DNA from: a virus
Virus record (IMG/VR): IMGVR_UViG_3300047160_007578
Span: 32,001-96,000 of that record
Strand: one strand, 5' to 3'
Length of the DNA stretch: 64,000 bases
In this document: piece by piece, positions 20,548-29,804 of the stretch
Position numbering within the stretch: position 1 is the stretch's first letter
How the letters are laid out: each line of letters opens with the position of its first letter
Position numbers and translations under genes: made by a program
The notes under the pieces: generated by a model
The model's database searches: none
The model's input: only the letters and a program-made list of their open reading frames with translations
Told to the model about the DNA's origin: nothing

Positions 20548-21639
20548 CTACTCTTTCGTTTTGTAGGTCGTTTTCACGTCGTTCATGTTCCCGACGAACA
20601 GATGCTTGTTGACGAAGACCGGCGGAATCCTCCGATATATCTTGATCGTCCGTCCTGGCCCGGTCCAGTAAGCATGGCGATGACCGCGACGCTTGTGCGG
20701 CTTCTTTGTACGTCCAGTGGGTTCGGCCGGCAGGTCTGATTCATTTTCCACTGTCCGATGCAACACGACGTTTTGATCAATAATCGTGTAGTAGATCGGG
20801 AGGCGATCCAGGATCGCTCTTTCCGGCGGCGTAATACGACGCTCTCGCCGTTTCCGATCCAGTTTCTCGTAGTGTTTCGGATTCTTCGGCCCGAGCTTCT
20901 TGAGACCGAGTTCCTCGACCAGCAGGCAGTAATTGATGCACGCCCGCAACAGACCGCCGGAAATCTTTTCTTCTTCCTCGGAAGTCTCCATCGCGCCATT
21001 GAATCGTATCTCAGTCTTTTGCAACTCTGCCTCTATCTCTTCCCCGTCCTTGAAGGTGAGAGAGTATTTGATGCTTTGACCAGAAGAGAAGCAAGCACAG
21101 AACAGCATGCACTTCTGTTTCTCGTCGAAGTGAATGATACAGAACCGCGGATCGTGCGTTTCCGGGAGTATCTCGCCGAAGCTATCTTCCCCGACTTGCG
21201 GAATCATCGCCTTCCGTTGCTGGTAGAAGTCCTTGGGAAGATCAATAATCATTGTCGGGAACGGTTGATGGTAGTCCTCGATGGGCATGTTGAGGATCAT
21301 TTCTTCCATCATCGTTAACTGGTAGGTCGTCGGCTTGAACACCGACACACCTTCCTCGGCGATTTTGGTGTACAGGTAACATTCCGTGTAGTTGGCGGTA
21401 TTGTCGCCCCGGCCCAATTGGGTCAGAGACATCAGCGCATTATTCGACATGAACAGCTTAGCTTCTGCGGACAAATGGAGCATGAACTTGAAGCCATCCG
21501 CGGTTTTGAGCAGTTCGATGCATTTGAACTTGGCGAACTCCGACCAAACGTCGAGCGCTCGTTTGAAGATTCGCTGGAATTGCTCGAAGTTCTCGAACTT
21601 GTCGATCACTTCAATATATTTCGTGACCATGTTAATCAC
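20548..21639 (-). CDS. hypothetical phage protein with C-terminal HxRRGH motif
   Basis: 363 aa; PHKRRGHRHAYWTGPGR. Confidence 0.75.
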   Translation of the reverse strand: MINMVTKYIEVIDKFENFEQFQRIFKRALDVWSEFAKFKCIELLKTADGFKFMLHLSAEAKLFMSNNALMSLTQLGRGDNTANYTECYLYTKIAEEGVSVFKPTTYQLTMMEEMILNMPIEDYHQPFPTMIIDLPKDFYQQRKAMIPQVGEDSFGEILPETHDPRFCIIHFDEKQKCMLFCACFSSGQSIKYSLTFKDGEEIEAELQKTEIRFNGAMETSEEEEKISGGLLRACINYCLLVEELGLKKLGPKNPKHYEKLDRKRRERRITPPERAILDRLPIYYTIIDQNVVLHRTVENESDLPAEPTGRTKKPHKRRGHRHAYWTGPGRTIKIYRRIPPVFVNKHLFVGNMNDVKTTYKTKE

Positions 21640-21848
21640 CCCTTTCTATTGTGTGATGGAGAATGCCAAACGCACCAGGTAACAGTTGCGATATCGACAT
21701 TCCAGAAATCAACTCCGGTCGTCCAATCGAACGGAGATACGTTGGGATATTGTCGCGAACATATTGTATATTTTCTGCCTGTAGGATAATCTCCCACTGG
21801 CCGCTATCAGATGACTCATCCTTTCCAGACACACGAAAGATGCTCATA

Positions 21849-22148
21849 TTACCTCCTGACCACCCGTGGTCTCTCTGGAACCACCCGGTACTTTTGTTCT
21901 GCTTGGAACATCGCCCACTTGTCGTCGCCCATACCGACGATACAGACAACAGTATCTTCACCAAGGCGTTCATGCGCCTCGTCTTCCGCCTGATTCCTGT
22001 CGGTATAGACCAGGATCGAACCGTCAGGATCACGAACCGTCGGCATGAATGTGTCGGGATGGACAGCGAAAAAGTGATGGGTCTGAACACCAGTCACGTT
22101 CACTCGCGCTTGAAAACGCTTCCGTTTCTGCTTGCGTGCTCGGCTCAT
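21849..22148 (-). CDS. hypothetical protein
   Basis: ATGA overlap with the ligase stop. Confidence 0.6.
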   Translation of the reverse strand: MSRARKQKRKRFQARVNVTGVQTHHFFAVHPDTFMPTVRDPDGSILVYTDRNQAEDEAHERLGEDTVVCIVGMGDDKWAMFQAEQKYRVVPERPRVVRR

Positions 22149-23260
22149 AGCGTTGTAGCCTTTCGGTAGTATTGTGCCATCTTCGGCTCACCCTTCGCCG
22201 TCAAGTCGCGATAGCGGAAAGTGATCTTTGATCCGAGCGGAAACTTCGGATTCGTTATCTGCGTCGTATCCACCGGCAGCCCTGAGAGCATCTGCCCGAG
22301 CCGCACGGCCGGGAATCCAGTGGAAATGATGAACATGTCGCGTTCTTCCCAATTGAAGCCGCCGACTTCGATCTTGCGACCGTCCCAATCACAGACGAGA
22401 ACTCCCATCCTTCCCAGCAGCTTGGAGCCTTTGTCCGTTTTCCTGCCCCAAACATAGCCGACGACGGTTGCTTCGGCATCGAACCACTTTTTGATCTTGA
22501 GCAGATTGTGGGAACGTTCTGGTGTCCAATACGATTGATCCTTCCTGACCATGAGTCCTTCGCCGTTCGCGGCGAGAACCTTTTCCATTTCGCGATTAAT
22601 AATCGTTTCGATCGCACCATTCGCGTTGGTCATCGGGAGCCTGGTCTGCTCCAGGATTTTGACGTGGTCATTTTCGATGCCCATCGCTTTGAGCCAGCCA
22701 TAGACGAATTCCATTTCGCGGTACTTCGGCTCTGGCATTGTCCCGGTTTCTCGCGCTCGAGCCATCGCCCAATCCAGAGTACCTTTATCAAAGGTCTTGG
22801 AGTAGATATCGCCCGCATTGCCCAGAATGCCTGGAGCGAAGATCATATCCAGTGGCGGACTATCGAATACGTGGAATTGAACCGCCTTCCACGCATCTTC
22901 GTCCGGAACGATCTTCTTGGTGATCGAGTTGGTTTGCTCGAATTTCTGATACCCCGACCATAACTCCCCGTCCAGAGGAATGTTCGGGAGCATGTCGAGA
23001 AACCACGCCGGTGCTCGTAGAACCTTCCCGTTGCGGGTCCAAAGTCCAGTCGCTTCGTAGTCGCGGTTCACGAACCGATCGTCCCGTTCCCAATTAGAAA
23101 ACGGCACCGATCTTACCGATTCGCCGCGGCTGATACCGCCATCCCAAAACACGCGAAGGCCATCCATTTTCTGAGACAGCATCCAGCCCCGAATCTTGTC
23201 GAAACTGTCTTTTGTCTCATCGAACGTGTGGGCCAGCAGAACGAATTCACGCTTTGCCAT
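22145..23260 (-). CDS. ATP-dependent DNA ligase
   Basis: KMDG adenylation motif, LDGEL, VFD, EGLMVR, LLKIK, C-terminal OB fold. Confidence 0.93.
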   Translation of the reverse strand: MAKREFVLLAHTFDETKDSFDKIRGWMLSQKMDGLRVFWDGGISRGESVRSVPFSNWERDDRFVNRDYEATGLWTRNGKVLRAPAWFLDMLPNIPLDGELWSGYQKFEQTNSITKKIVPDEDAWKAVQFHVFDSPPLDMIFAPGILGNAGDIYSKTFDKGTLDWAMARARETGTMPEPKYREMEFVYGWLKAMGIENDHVKILEQTRLPMTNANGAIETIINREMEKVLAANGEGLMVRKDQSYWTPERSHNLLKIKKWFDAEATVVGYVWGRKTDKGSKLLGRMGVLVCDWDGRKIEVGGFNWEERDMFIISTGFPAVRLGQMLSGLPVDTTQITNPKFPLGSKITFRYRDLTAKGEPKMAQYYRKATTL

Positions 23261-23286
23261 TAATCACCCCTTTCTTTGATCATTGA

Positions 23287-23502
23287 TCATTTCTTTGCCA
23301 TTCGCGCGATCGTCTCATGACTACGCTCGTTCCGCGCGAGCGTCTCAAGATGGTCACGGAGCTTCTGCTTGCTCAGACTGCACCGACTCGGCGGACAGCT
23401 GAATCGCTCGCGCGCAATCGCAACGAGCGTTTGTTTCGCCGTTTTCGGATCATTAATCAGAGTCTCGGCGTCCCGCAAAGTCAACATTGCAAAGTGAGTC
23501 AC
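23287..23502 (-). CDS. small helical protein, first gene after promoter cassette 1
   Basis: GAAAGGGGTGA RBS plus GTG start. Confidence 0.6.
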   Translation of the reverse strand: MTHFAMLTLRDAETLINDPKTAKQTLVAIARERFSCPPSRCSLSKQKLRDHLETLARNERSHETIARMAKK

Positions 23503-23553
23503 GAATCACCCCTTTCTGGATTATTGATCAAATCACAAAATCGAATCGATCAA

Positions 23554-23665
23554 ATTAATCAAATCTTTCCCGCGTGCGCGCGCAGCGCTCCGCTACTAAA
23601 TTATAACATATTATTTTGCCTATGTCAAGAAGAATTTTTCAAATCACCGGAATGATTTGATTAAT
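23554..23665 (-). promoter_or_regulatory. promoter cassette 1 with 17-bp terminal inverted repeats
   Basis: minus-strand TTGACA(23623-28)-17 bp-TATAAT(23600-05) with TG extension; arms ATTAATCAAATCTTTCC / GGAATGATTTGATTAAT. Confidence 0.9.
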
Positions 23666-23679
23666 TTACGCATGTAGTT

Positions 23680-23972
23680 TGGTTCTCACCCGACTAATGG
23701 ATTAAAAATCACCTGATACTTGGTTCTCATCAGGATCACAGCTACATTGGTTCTCACCAGTCGGATGGTTACACCTATCATTTGTTTCTTTCGCGGCCAG
23801 TGGATACTCACTCCTCATCTGGTTCACACGTGGATTATGGATTCGCTAGGATATTGGTTCACACTTCCTCGAAGGATAAACACTATCGGCTTGGTTCTCT
23901 CGCACGAACTGGATACTCACCGGGTTTTTGGTTCTCAACCGAGCTTGGATTCACTTGTGATCTGGTTCTCGT
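23680..23972 (-). ncRNA. TIGR-like dual-repeat guide-RNA array (~8 units)
   Basis: alternating TGGTTCWCAC and TGGWTAC(TC)AC-type repeats with 8-nt variable spacers. Confidence 0.8.
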
Positions 23973-23977
23973 GGATC

Positions 23978-24009
23978 GATCACACCCGGTATTGCTACCG
24001 GGTGTGATC
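23978..24009. terminator. perfect hairpin bordering the array
   Basis: GATCACACCCGGT-ATTGCT-ACCGGGTGTGATC. Confidence 0.6.
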
Positions 24010-24014
24010 ATTAA

Positions 24015-24248
24015 TCACGACTGCTTCGGTCCGGGAGCCGGCGTCGCGGGCGGAGTCGTCGGAGGCTGTTCCGGCGTCGCAGGCGGAGTACCCGGCTGAT
24101 GCGACGGCGCACCAGGTGGGACGTTGGGCTGGTGTCCCGGAGCCGGTGGTGCTCCGGGAGTAGGACGCTGTTCAGGCGTCCCGCCCGGCTTGACCGGCTG
24201 TTGCGACGGTCCACCAGCTTTGGTTTCACTCATGGGTTCTACCTCCAA
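24015..24248 (-). CDS. small Pro/Gly-rich low-complexity protein
   Basis: GGAGG RBS; repeated PPATP motifs. Confidence 0.55.
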   Translation of the reverse strand: MEVEPMSETKAGGPSQQPVKPGGTPEQRPTPGAPPAPGHQPNVPPGAPSHQPGTPPATPEQPPTTPPATPAPGPKQS

Positions 24249-24347
24249 GGGCGACAGGGGATGAGTTGGCGGTGAGCAACGATCTACGGACCAACTACGT
24301 GCACGACCTTATCCGTATCTTTGGTGATTTTTAATCAGGCGAACCAA

Positions 24348-25307
24348 TCAGGCCGATGCTTCGGGCGTTTCCCTCTCGGGATCATCCTGCTCCGCGGGCT
24401 CTTCCGTTGGTGTCTGGTTCATTTCCTCCGGAGTCAGCGGTCGAACCGGAGCAACCACCTTGGTTTCGACTGACACGCCACCGATGGTCAGCTTCGTAGC
24501 CTCTTCCTCGGGCTCAGGCTCGCTGGGCTCGGGCGTGGGCGGAGCGAGCCGCGGATCATTGATCGAAACCCACTGCTCGGTGTCCGGGTCGAACGCCTCG
24601 AAATACTTTGCCGAGTAGTTCTTGTCGTAGGCCGGATGGATCGACTCCGGGAAGCGAGTCCTGAGTTCCTCGATTGACTTGCCCTCCCACAGCGTCTTGA
24701 ACTTCGGCTTCTCGTGCAGCCGCGACGTGGGAATCCGACCGTCCCGCCAGATGAACCGGACCTTCCGGCGGTTCTCGATCGCCTTGAGCGCTTCGTGGTA
24801 TTCGGACTCGAAAGCCCACCAGAGCGCCTTGGCGGTCTTGTCACCCTGCATCTCGACGTACAGGATGCGGTCGTCTTCCTTGGGGATGACGAGATTACTA
24901 ATCGGACCGTCGATGCTGGGCTGGTCGCTGCCGTTGCAGGTGATCGACTTCTGCCGCGACAGGTGGAAATACACGACGGCCTCATCGCCGTCACGCTTGG
25001 CGAACGCGAAGGCACGCTCACCCTGATTGAAAACCTTGGTCACGACCGCGCGCTGCGCACTGCATTCCCAGCAGTGCCAGATCAGGAACCCGTCCCTGGA
25101 AACGGAAGCGATGGGCTTGTTGCACTTCGGGCAGGGGCGACTGACCTGTGCCGCACGCGACCATTCGACCATGAAGAAGGGCTGGAATCGTTCCTGAATC
25201 TTGGCGGCGCACTCAGCGCATTTGCAGCGCTTGTCGTGCGAGCCAGCGACGGATTCGGTGTCGTCATCCGGGGTTTGGACGACGGCCTGGGAAATGTTCT
25301 CGCTCAT
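24348..25307 (-). CDS. Zn-ribbon plus cold-shock-like OB-fold protein
   Basis: CPKC..CWEC then FAFAKR...VYFHLS (RNP1/RNP2-like). Confidence 0.6.
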   Translation of the reverse strand: MSENISQAVVQTPDDDTESVAGSHDKRCKCAECAAKIQERFQPFFMVEWSRAAQVSRPCPKCNKPIASVSRDGFLIWHCWECSAQRAVVTKVFNQGERAFAFAKRDGDEAVVYFHLSRQKSITCNGSDQPSIDGPISNLVIPKEDDRILYVEMQGDKTAKALWWAFESEYHEALKAIENRRKVRFIWRDGRIPTSRLHEKPKFKTLWEGKSIEELRTRFPESIHPAYDKNYSAKYFEAFDPDTEQWVSINDPRLAPPTPEPSEPEPEEEATKLTIGGVSVETKVVAPVRPLTPEEMNQTPTEEPAEQDDPERETPEASA

Positions 25308-25406
25308 ACGAGGCTCCTGAGGGTTAGGGCGAAAGGGATTTCGGACTACGCCAGGAACACCCCAGCGTTTATGGTCCAAACAATACTTTTCGATCATTAA
25401 TCTTTC

Positions 25407-25691
25407 TTACAAATCTGTTCGAGCTTTTTCGATAGCGGCCAATTCTTCCTGGGCCTGGGCGCGACAATCCATTTGGACTGCGAATTCAGACGCACGAGAC
25501 TCGAATGCCGGTAGACTCTCTCCTTCCCTTATTCTGAGGAAACAGACTAATTCACCGTCCTTGGCATCCGGACCAAGGAAAATCGGGATGAAAGCGATTG
25601 AATCCTCCTTTCCGTTTTTCCGAAGAAATTCCACGTCCCCTGAGTAATAAATCACCGCCGGCATAATACACTCCTTAAGTGGTTCCCGCAT
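25407..25691 (-). CDS. hypothetical protein
   Basis: true start probably MPAV, downstream of the array. Confidence 0.55.
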   Translation of the reverse strand: MREPLKECIMPAVIYYSGDVEFLRKNGKEDSIAFIPIFLGPDAKDGELVCFLRIREGESLPAFESRASEFAVQMDCRAQAQEELAAIEKARTDL

Positions 25692-25891
25692 CGGATTTGG
25701 TTACACGAGTACCTTGGTTCACGCGCACGAAATGGTTACGCGACGATTATGGTTCCCACTGTTTGTATGGTTACGCTTCTACGTTTGGTTCTCGTCCATC
25801 TGATGGTTCCATTCGCCGGGCTTGGTTCTCACATCGAGATTGATTAAAAATCACTGCTCCTATGGTTCTCACGTGGTGCGAGGATAATCAC
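25680..25891 (-). ncRNA. TIGR-like array immediately downstream of the Tas gene (~6 units)
   Basis: TGGTTCCCGC-ATCGGATT-TGGTTACAC-GAGTACCT-TGGTTCACGC-GCACGAAA-TGGTTACGC...; 35-nt period. Confidence 0.85.
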
Positions 25892-26958
25892 GCTCCCATT
25901 TCGGCGAGCTTCTTCCCGGTGCTCTCTCGCCAGACCGTCAGGTTCGGCGGAGCGATGTAGTGTCGATGATCCGTTCCAAGCGCCTGATTGAGAGTCTCAG
26001 ACAGAGCGAAGGGTTTCGGTGGCTCACGCCCGAAAAAGTCCTGGTAGAAGATTTCGTGCATGTGACTCATAAAGAGTTTTGTTACCCATCGCCGGGATCG
26101 AGCCAGCATGTGCCCATCCGGCAATCGTCCAGTGATGTAGACCTTGTAGGCATCCGTGGTCTTGCGAACTCGCTTGGCACCGGCCGCTGCTTGATCCTGA
26201 TAGTCGCCGCGGTCATTCTTAGCGTCCTCGTAGGCCCGTCGCTGGGCGTACAATGCGCCGTAGAAGTCCTTGGCGTTTCCTTGAACCTTGATGAAACAGC
26301 TGCCCGCATGGAAACACAACTGTTTCACACTGGCTGCCCACGGGCGCTTGGCCAGCAGTGCGATGACATCTTCGCGAGTGTTCGCTTCGCGTTCTTCGCG
26401 TTCGCCCAGGCGCTGGATTTTGCCGAGTAGCTCCGTCAGAGTCCACTTGGCCTTTCCTGCGATAGCGGTCAGATCATCAATCGGAACCGCGCCTTTGGGC
26501 TTGACCCGGTCTTCCAGGACTTCCTTGACCAGTGCCTCGGACTTGGCCTTGCCGAGCCATTCCCTTGTGGGGTCGAGTCCCGCGAACCGCCACCAGTGAC
26601 CGACGGTTTCAGGAATCGGTGTGCTCAGGTTGGCCAAGAATCCGGCGCTGATTACTGGTCCGATGCCGCAGATGCTCTGGAGCCATTCGCCGGCACGGAA
26701 ACTGGCAGCGAATGCGCCAAGAGCGGACTTGATGTTGCTTTCCAGGGTATTGAGATTGTCGAAGGTCCATTCTAATAGTTTGGACGGCTCGCCGGCTTCG
26801 GTGGAAGTCCGGTGACGGTTTCCAGAACTCACACGGAAGTCCTGGATTTGATAATAGATATCGACCAGGAATCGGGCTTCATTCCGGCCGATCAGACGAG
26901 CCGCGGCCCGCAGGTCGCGATTGAGTTTGTCCAGAGCCTCGTATTGTTCTTCTGGCAT
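25888..26958 (-). CDS. tasA: TasA-like Nop-domain RNA-guided protein (IS110-related, no nuclease domain)
   Basis: N-terminal coiled coil, then LQSICGIGPVISAGFLA, WWRFAGLDP and C-terminal HMLARSRRWVTKLF; no N-terminal DEDD RuvC or HNH; arrays on both sides. Confidence 0.8.
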   Translation of the reverse strand: MPEEQYEALDKLNRDLRAAARLIGRNEARFLVDIYYQIQDFRVSSGNRHRTSTEAGEPSKLLEWTFDNLNTLESNIKSALGAFAASFRAGEWLQSICGIGPVISAGFLANLSTPIPETVGHWWRFAGLDPTREWLGKAKSEALVKEVLEDRVKPKGAVPIDDLTAIAGKAKWTLTELLGKIQRLGEREEREANTREDVIALLAKRPWAASVKQLCFHAGSCFIKVQGNAKDFYGALYAQRRAYEDAKNDRGDYQDQAAAGAKRVRKTTDAYKVYITGRLPDGHMLARSRRWVTKLFMSHMHEIFYQDFFGREPPKPFALSETLNQALGTDHRHYIAPPNLTVWRESTGKKLAEMGA

Positions 26959-27018
26959 GGTTCACATCCTTTCTCCGGTCGTTGACCGGAATGCGATTAT
27001 TAATCAACGTCTCTTTTT

Positions 27019-27375
27019 TGGTTCACGCGAGCTTCACGGTTACACTCCTTCTTGGGTTCTCGCGAAGTCAGTGGTTACGCGCCTTGTATGGTTCTCACGG
27101 TATCAATGGTTTGTCCGCTCCTCCTTTCTCGGAGCCAACGGAACAGGCTCCTGTTTGCACATTCCCTCCGTGGTTCTCACAGTCGCGTTGGTTACGCTCC
27201 TTTCGTGGTTCTCTCGGGCAAATTGGTTACACCTGCATTCTGTTTCTAGCAAAGCGGGTGGTTTTACGCAAATCATCTGGTTCACGCGGGTGCGATGGTT
27301 GCACTCCCTGATCGTGGTTCTCGCATTTAGACTGGTTACTCTCAAGCACTGGTTCCCACCAAACTGATGGTTAGC
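27019..27375 (-). ncRNA. TIGR-like array immediately upstream of the Tas gene (~9 units)
   Basis: alternating 10-nt TGGTTCTCRC and 9-nt TGGTTACRC repeats with 8-nt unique spacers; one loop repeat carries a ~45-nt insert. Confidence 0.88.
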
Positions 27376-27739
27376 TGATTTCCTTAAAGCCGGGGAACTT
27401 CATCTGGTTCTCGATGACGGTTTTCCAGACGCCATCGATCTGGATGGACAGCAGCCGCTCCGGATCGAAACAGCGATACTGTTCTTGCGGGTATTCGTAG
27501 ACGCCGATGAGTCCCTTCTTCTTGAAATCGACGCCCTTGTTGTACGGATTCTTCGCCAACAGAATCTCGTCGGCGATCCCGGTGGCACACTCCATGCCGC
27601 GGATCGTGCCGTCAGCCTTGACGAAACGGATATGGAACCGAACACGGGGATGTTCTTCGATCCACTTCTTCGCGTCCGCGAGTGAAATGACCGTGGTATT
27701 GGCCGCTGGATCAGGAGTTACGATTTCAGGGGTATCCAT
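27371..27739 (-). CDS. WYL-like / SH3-fold (DUF2693-type) protein
   Basis: IRFVKADGTIRGM...VYE....YRCF. Confidence 0.65.
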   Translation of the reverse strand: MDTPEIVTPDPAANTTVISLADAKKWIEEHPRVRFHIRFVKADGTIRGMECATGIADEILLAKNPYNKGVDFKKKGLIGVYEYPQEQYRCFDPERLLSIQIDGVWKTVIENQMKFPGFKEIS

Positions 27740-27796
27740 TGTTGCACCTACTTTCTGCCCCATAGGGGCGTTGATTAAAAATCACAGACTGGTTGA

Positions 27797-28027
27797 TTAA
27801 CTGAACTTCTTACCGAAGACTCGTTGCGCTCGGTCCTTTGTCATGACTCCCGGCCCGCTGCGGACAGTCGCGAAGAGTTCTTCAAGCGGCTGGCCATAAT
27901 ATTGGTACGAGTCGAGCAACGCCTCAGCGCCGGCTCGGTTCTCGTCTTTGGGAAAGAAGCCGACTTCGCTCAGGTCGTACTTCTTCATGAACTCGACCAC
28001 TTGGTCCAAATCAGCATTACTTATCAT
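27797..28027 (-). CDS. hypothetical protein
   Basis: shares a duplicated leader with the neighbouring gene. Confidence 0.6.
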   Translation of the reverse strand: MISNADLDQVVEFMKKYDLSEVGFFPKDENRAGAEALLDSYQYYGQPLEELFATVRSGPGVMTKDRAQRVFGKKFS

Positions 28028-28093
28028 ATCACCTACTTTCTGCTCCATTGGAGCGTTTTGATTAAAGATCACCGACAATGTGGTTCTCGTTTG

Positions 28094-28342
28094 TTACTTG
28101 GTTACGAATTCGATCTGCTCCATCGGAACGAATCCGCCGAACGGTCGCGTATGCACGGCAAAGCCACGCCCACCATAGGTGGTATCCTGGGCACTGCCGA
28201 TGATGTTGTCGTTGTCGTCCAGAACGAAACCATAGCGGCGTCCTGGTCCGTTGTCCTGAGTCAATCTGACCCGAAATTTCCCTCCCAAAATTGAGTGCCA
28301 GACAGCAGTGACGCTGTCAGTGTCAGCTTTAATCGTTGCCAT
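28094..28342 (-). CDS. hypothetical protein
   Basis: GAGGT RBS. Confidence 0.65.
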   Translation of the reverse strand: MATIKADTDSVTAVWHSILGGKFRVRLTQDNGPGRRYGFVLDDNDNIIGSAQDTTYGGRGFAVHTRPFGGFVPMEQIEFVTK

Positions 28343-28361
28343 TGTTACCTCACTCGGGTTT

Positions 28362-28434
28362 TGTTTCTCACCAAAATTCTGGATTCACCCGCTCGTCTGG
28401 TTCTCACCACTCTTTTGGATCATTGATCAATCAC
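28362..28434 (-). ncRNA. short TIGR-like array (2 units)
   Basis: TGTTTCTCAC-N8-TGGATTCAC-N9-TGGTTCTCAC-N8-TGGATC.. Confidence 0.6.
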
Positions 28435-28736
28435 TCCGGGCGTTCTTGGCGAGTCGGGATCGGCAGCTGCGCCGCCATGATCGTGAACTCGAACGGGCAG
28501 CCGAACATGTAAATCTTGAACCGCGTTTCCTCCGGCCAGCGATGACGCCACGGCAGGAAATCCTGAGCTTGCTGCGTGCCAGGCGGAGGAAATTCCACAT
28601 CCGGAACGATCAGAAGCGTATCGGTTGCAGTGAGATACACGCCAGGACCGTTGAACTTGAAATCGTTACCCAGGTAGGTTTCGATTTGTTTGCCGGTTCC
28701 TGAGTGTGTCCAGTCAGGCATTACTTGGTACGGCAT
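28431..28736 (-). CDS. hypothetical protein
   Basis: stop/start coupling. Confidence 0.6.
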   Translation of the reverse strand: MPYQVMPDWTHSGTGKQIETYLGNDFKFNGPGVYLTATDTLLIVPDVEFPPPGTQQAQDFLPWRHRWPEETRFKIYMFGCPFEFTIMAAQLPIPTRQERPE

Positions 28737-29002
28737 TATCCACCTTTCGGATAAGAGGGGTGTTTCTCGCGTCCGCGAGTATATCCGTCGCAGAACGCCC
28801 GCAGACGGAGAACAGTGTTTTCGTCGAGTTGGCCCCGCTTTTCAAGATCGTAGTGAAAATCGAGAAAAATATGGCCAGCATCCTTGCGATTAATAGTCAC
28901 ATCCACATCATAGAGGTCAGCAAGTTCCTCTTGTAGCTCTTTTGCCAGCATGGGCAAATGAATGTGGACACTGTAGATTGTTTGCGACACTATCATGATC
29001 AC
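28736..29002 (-). CDS. hypothetical protein
   Basis: tiles operon. Confidence 0.6.
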   Translation of the reverse strand: MIMIVSQTIYSVHIHLPMLAKELQEELADLYDVDVTINRKDAGHIFLDFHYDLEKRGQLDENTVLRLRAFCDGYTRGREKHPSYPKGG

Positions 29003-29060
29003 CTATCCTTTCCGGCCAATAACGGCCACTGCGATTAATAATCACCACTCGGGGTGGGAT

Positions 29061-29567
29061 TTACCACTCGGGGTGGAACTCATTCCAGTCGACGCTCTTG
29101 TTGACGGTCTGGCCGAGGTTGGCACAGAACACTTCAATCGGGTCTTCGGCATCGAGCACGACGACGAACTTCATGTCGCCGCCGATGATGACTTCGTAAT
29201 ATTTCGGATTTTCGATTTCCACGACGATTCCACCTTTCCTGTTTTCGTTGCTGGCGAAAGTCTGTTCTGCACAGTAGAACTCGATCAGCCGCTTCACGAA
29301 CGCGCAGTTGTCCGCTTTCGCTGCGGCGTTGATCGCGGTGCATCCTTGCAGGTACGACAGTGCTTCCCTCACGCCGTACAGGTTGACATCTTGCCAGAAC
29401 TGAATGGCATACGCCTGATCATCCAGACAGGCGTCAACAGCCATTTCCAGTCGGCGGACCCGGCAACCTTGATCGCCGCGGTCCATTTCCTCCAGAATCC
29501 GCTGAGTCAATCGTTGCTTTGCCATGATTTCTCTCTTCTGTATTACATGTCCAAATGTGAAGATCAT
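29061..29567 (-). CDS. hypothetical protein
   Basis: tiles operon. Confidence 0.6.
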   Translation of the reverse strand: MIFTFGHVIQKREIMAKQRLTQRILEEMDRGDQGCRVRRLEMAVDACLDDQAYAIQFWQDVNLYGVREALSYLQGCTAINAAAKADNCAFVKRLIEFYCAEQTFASNENRKGGIVVEIENPKYYEVIIGGDMKFVVVLDAEDPIEVFCANLGQTVNKSVDWNEFHPEW

Positions 29568-29804
29568 TAATCATTCCTTGAGTTGAATCGTTTCGTCCAG
29601 GTCCAATGCAGGTTGCACCACGCGAACCTGAAAGCACAGACCAGGATATTCTTTCCGGAACAGTTCGATAGCCCGCTCTTTGGTGGCACAAACGTATCGT
29701 CCCCATTTCGAGCCGCCGCAACCACTTGTTGTGCCCACGTCGTAGACCCAATTCGCGGATACTATGAACTCGTATTGCATCGTATCATTCCTTTCGATTA
29801 AAAA

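Noticed and set aside
23720-24099. ORFs overlapping arrays (also 26921-27367, 26982-27311, 30833-31111, 35415-35657, 60347-60550)
   Set aside because: Periodic WFS/LVL/ENQ peptides are translations of the repeats, so these are most likely non-coding.
25888-26958. Active IS110 insertion sequence
   Set aside because: No N-terminal DEDD RuvC domain is visible, and the flanks are multi-unit dual-repeat arrays rather than element ends.
27019-27375. CRISPR array
   Set aside because: Repeats are 9-10 nt and alternate between two types, spacers are 8 nt, and no cas genes are recognisable.
29044-29077. Tandem CCACTCGGGG(G)TGG duplication at a gene end
   Set aside because: Only two copies; most simply a local duplication of the gene 3' end.
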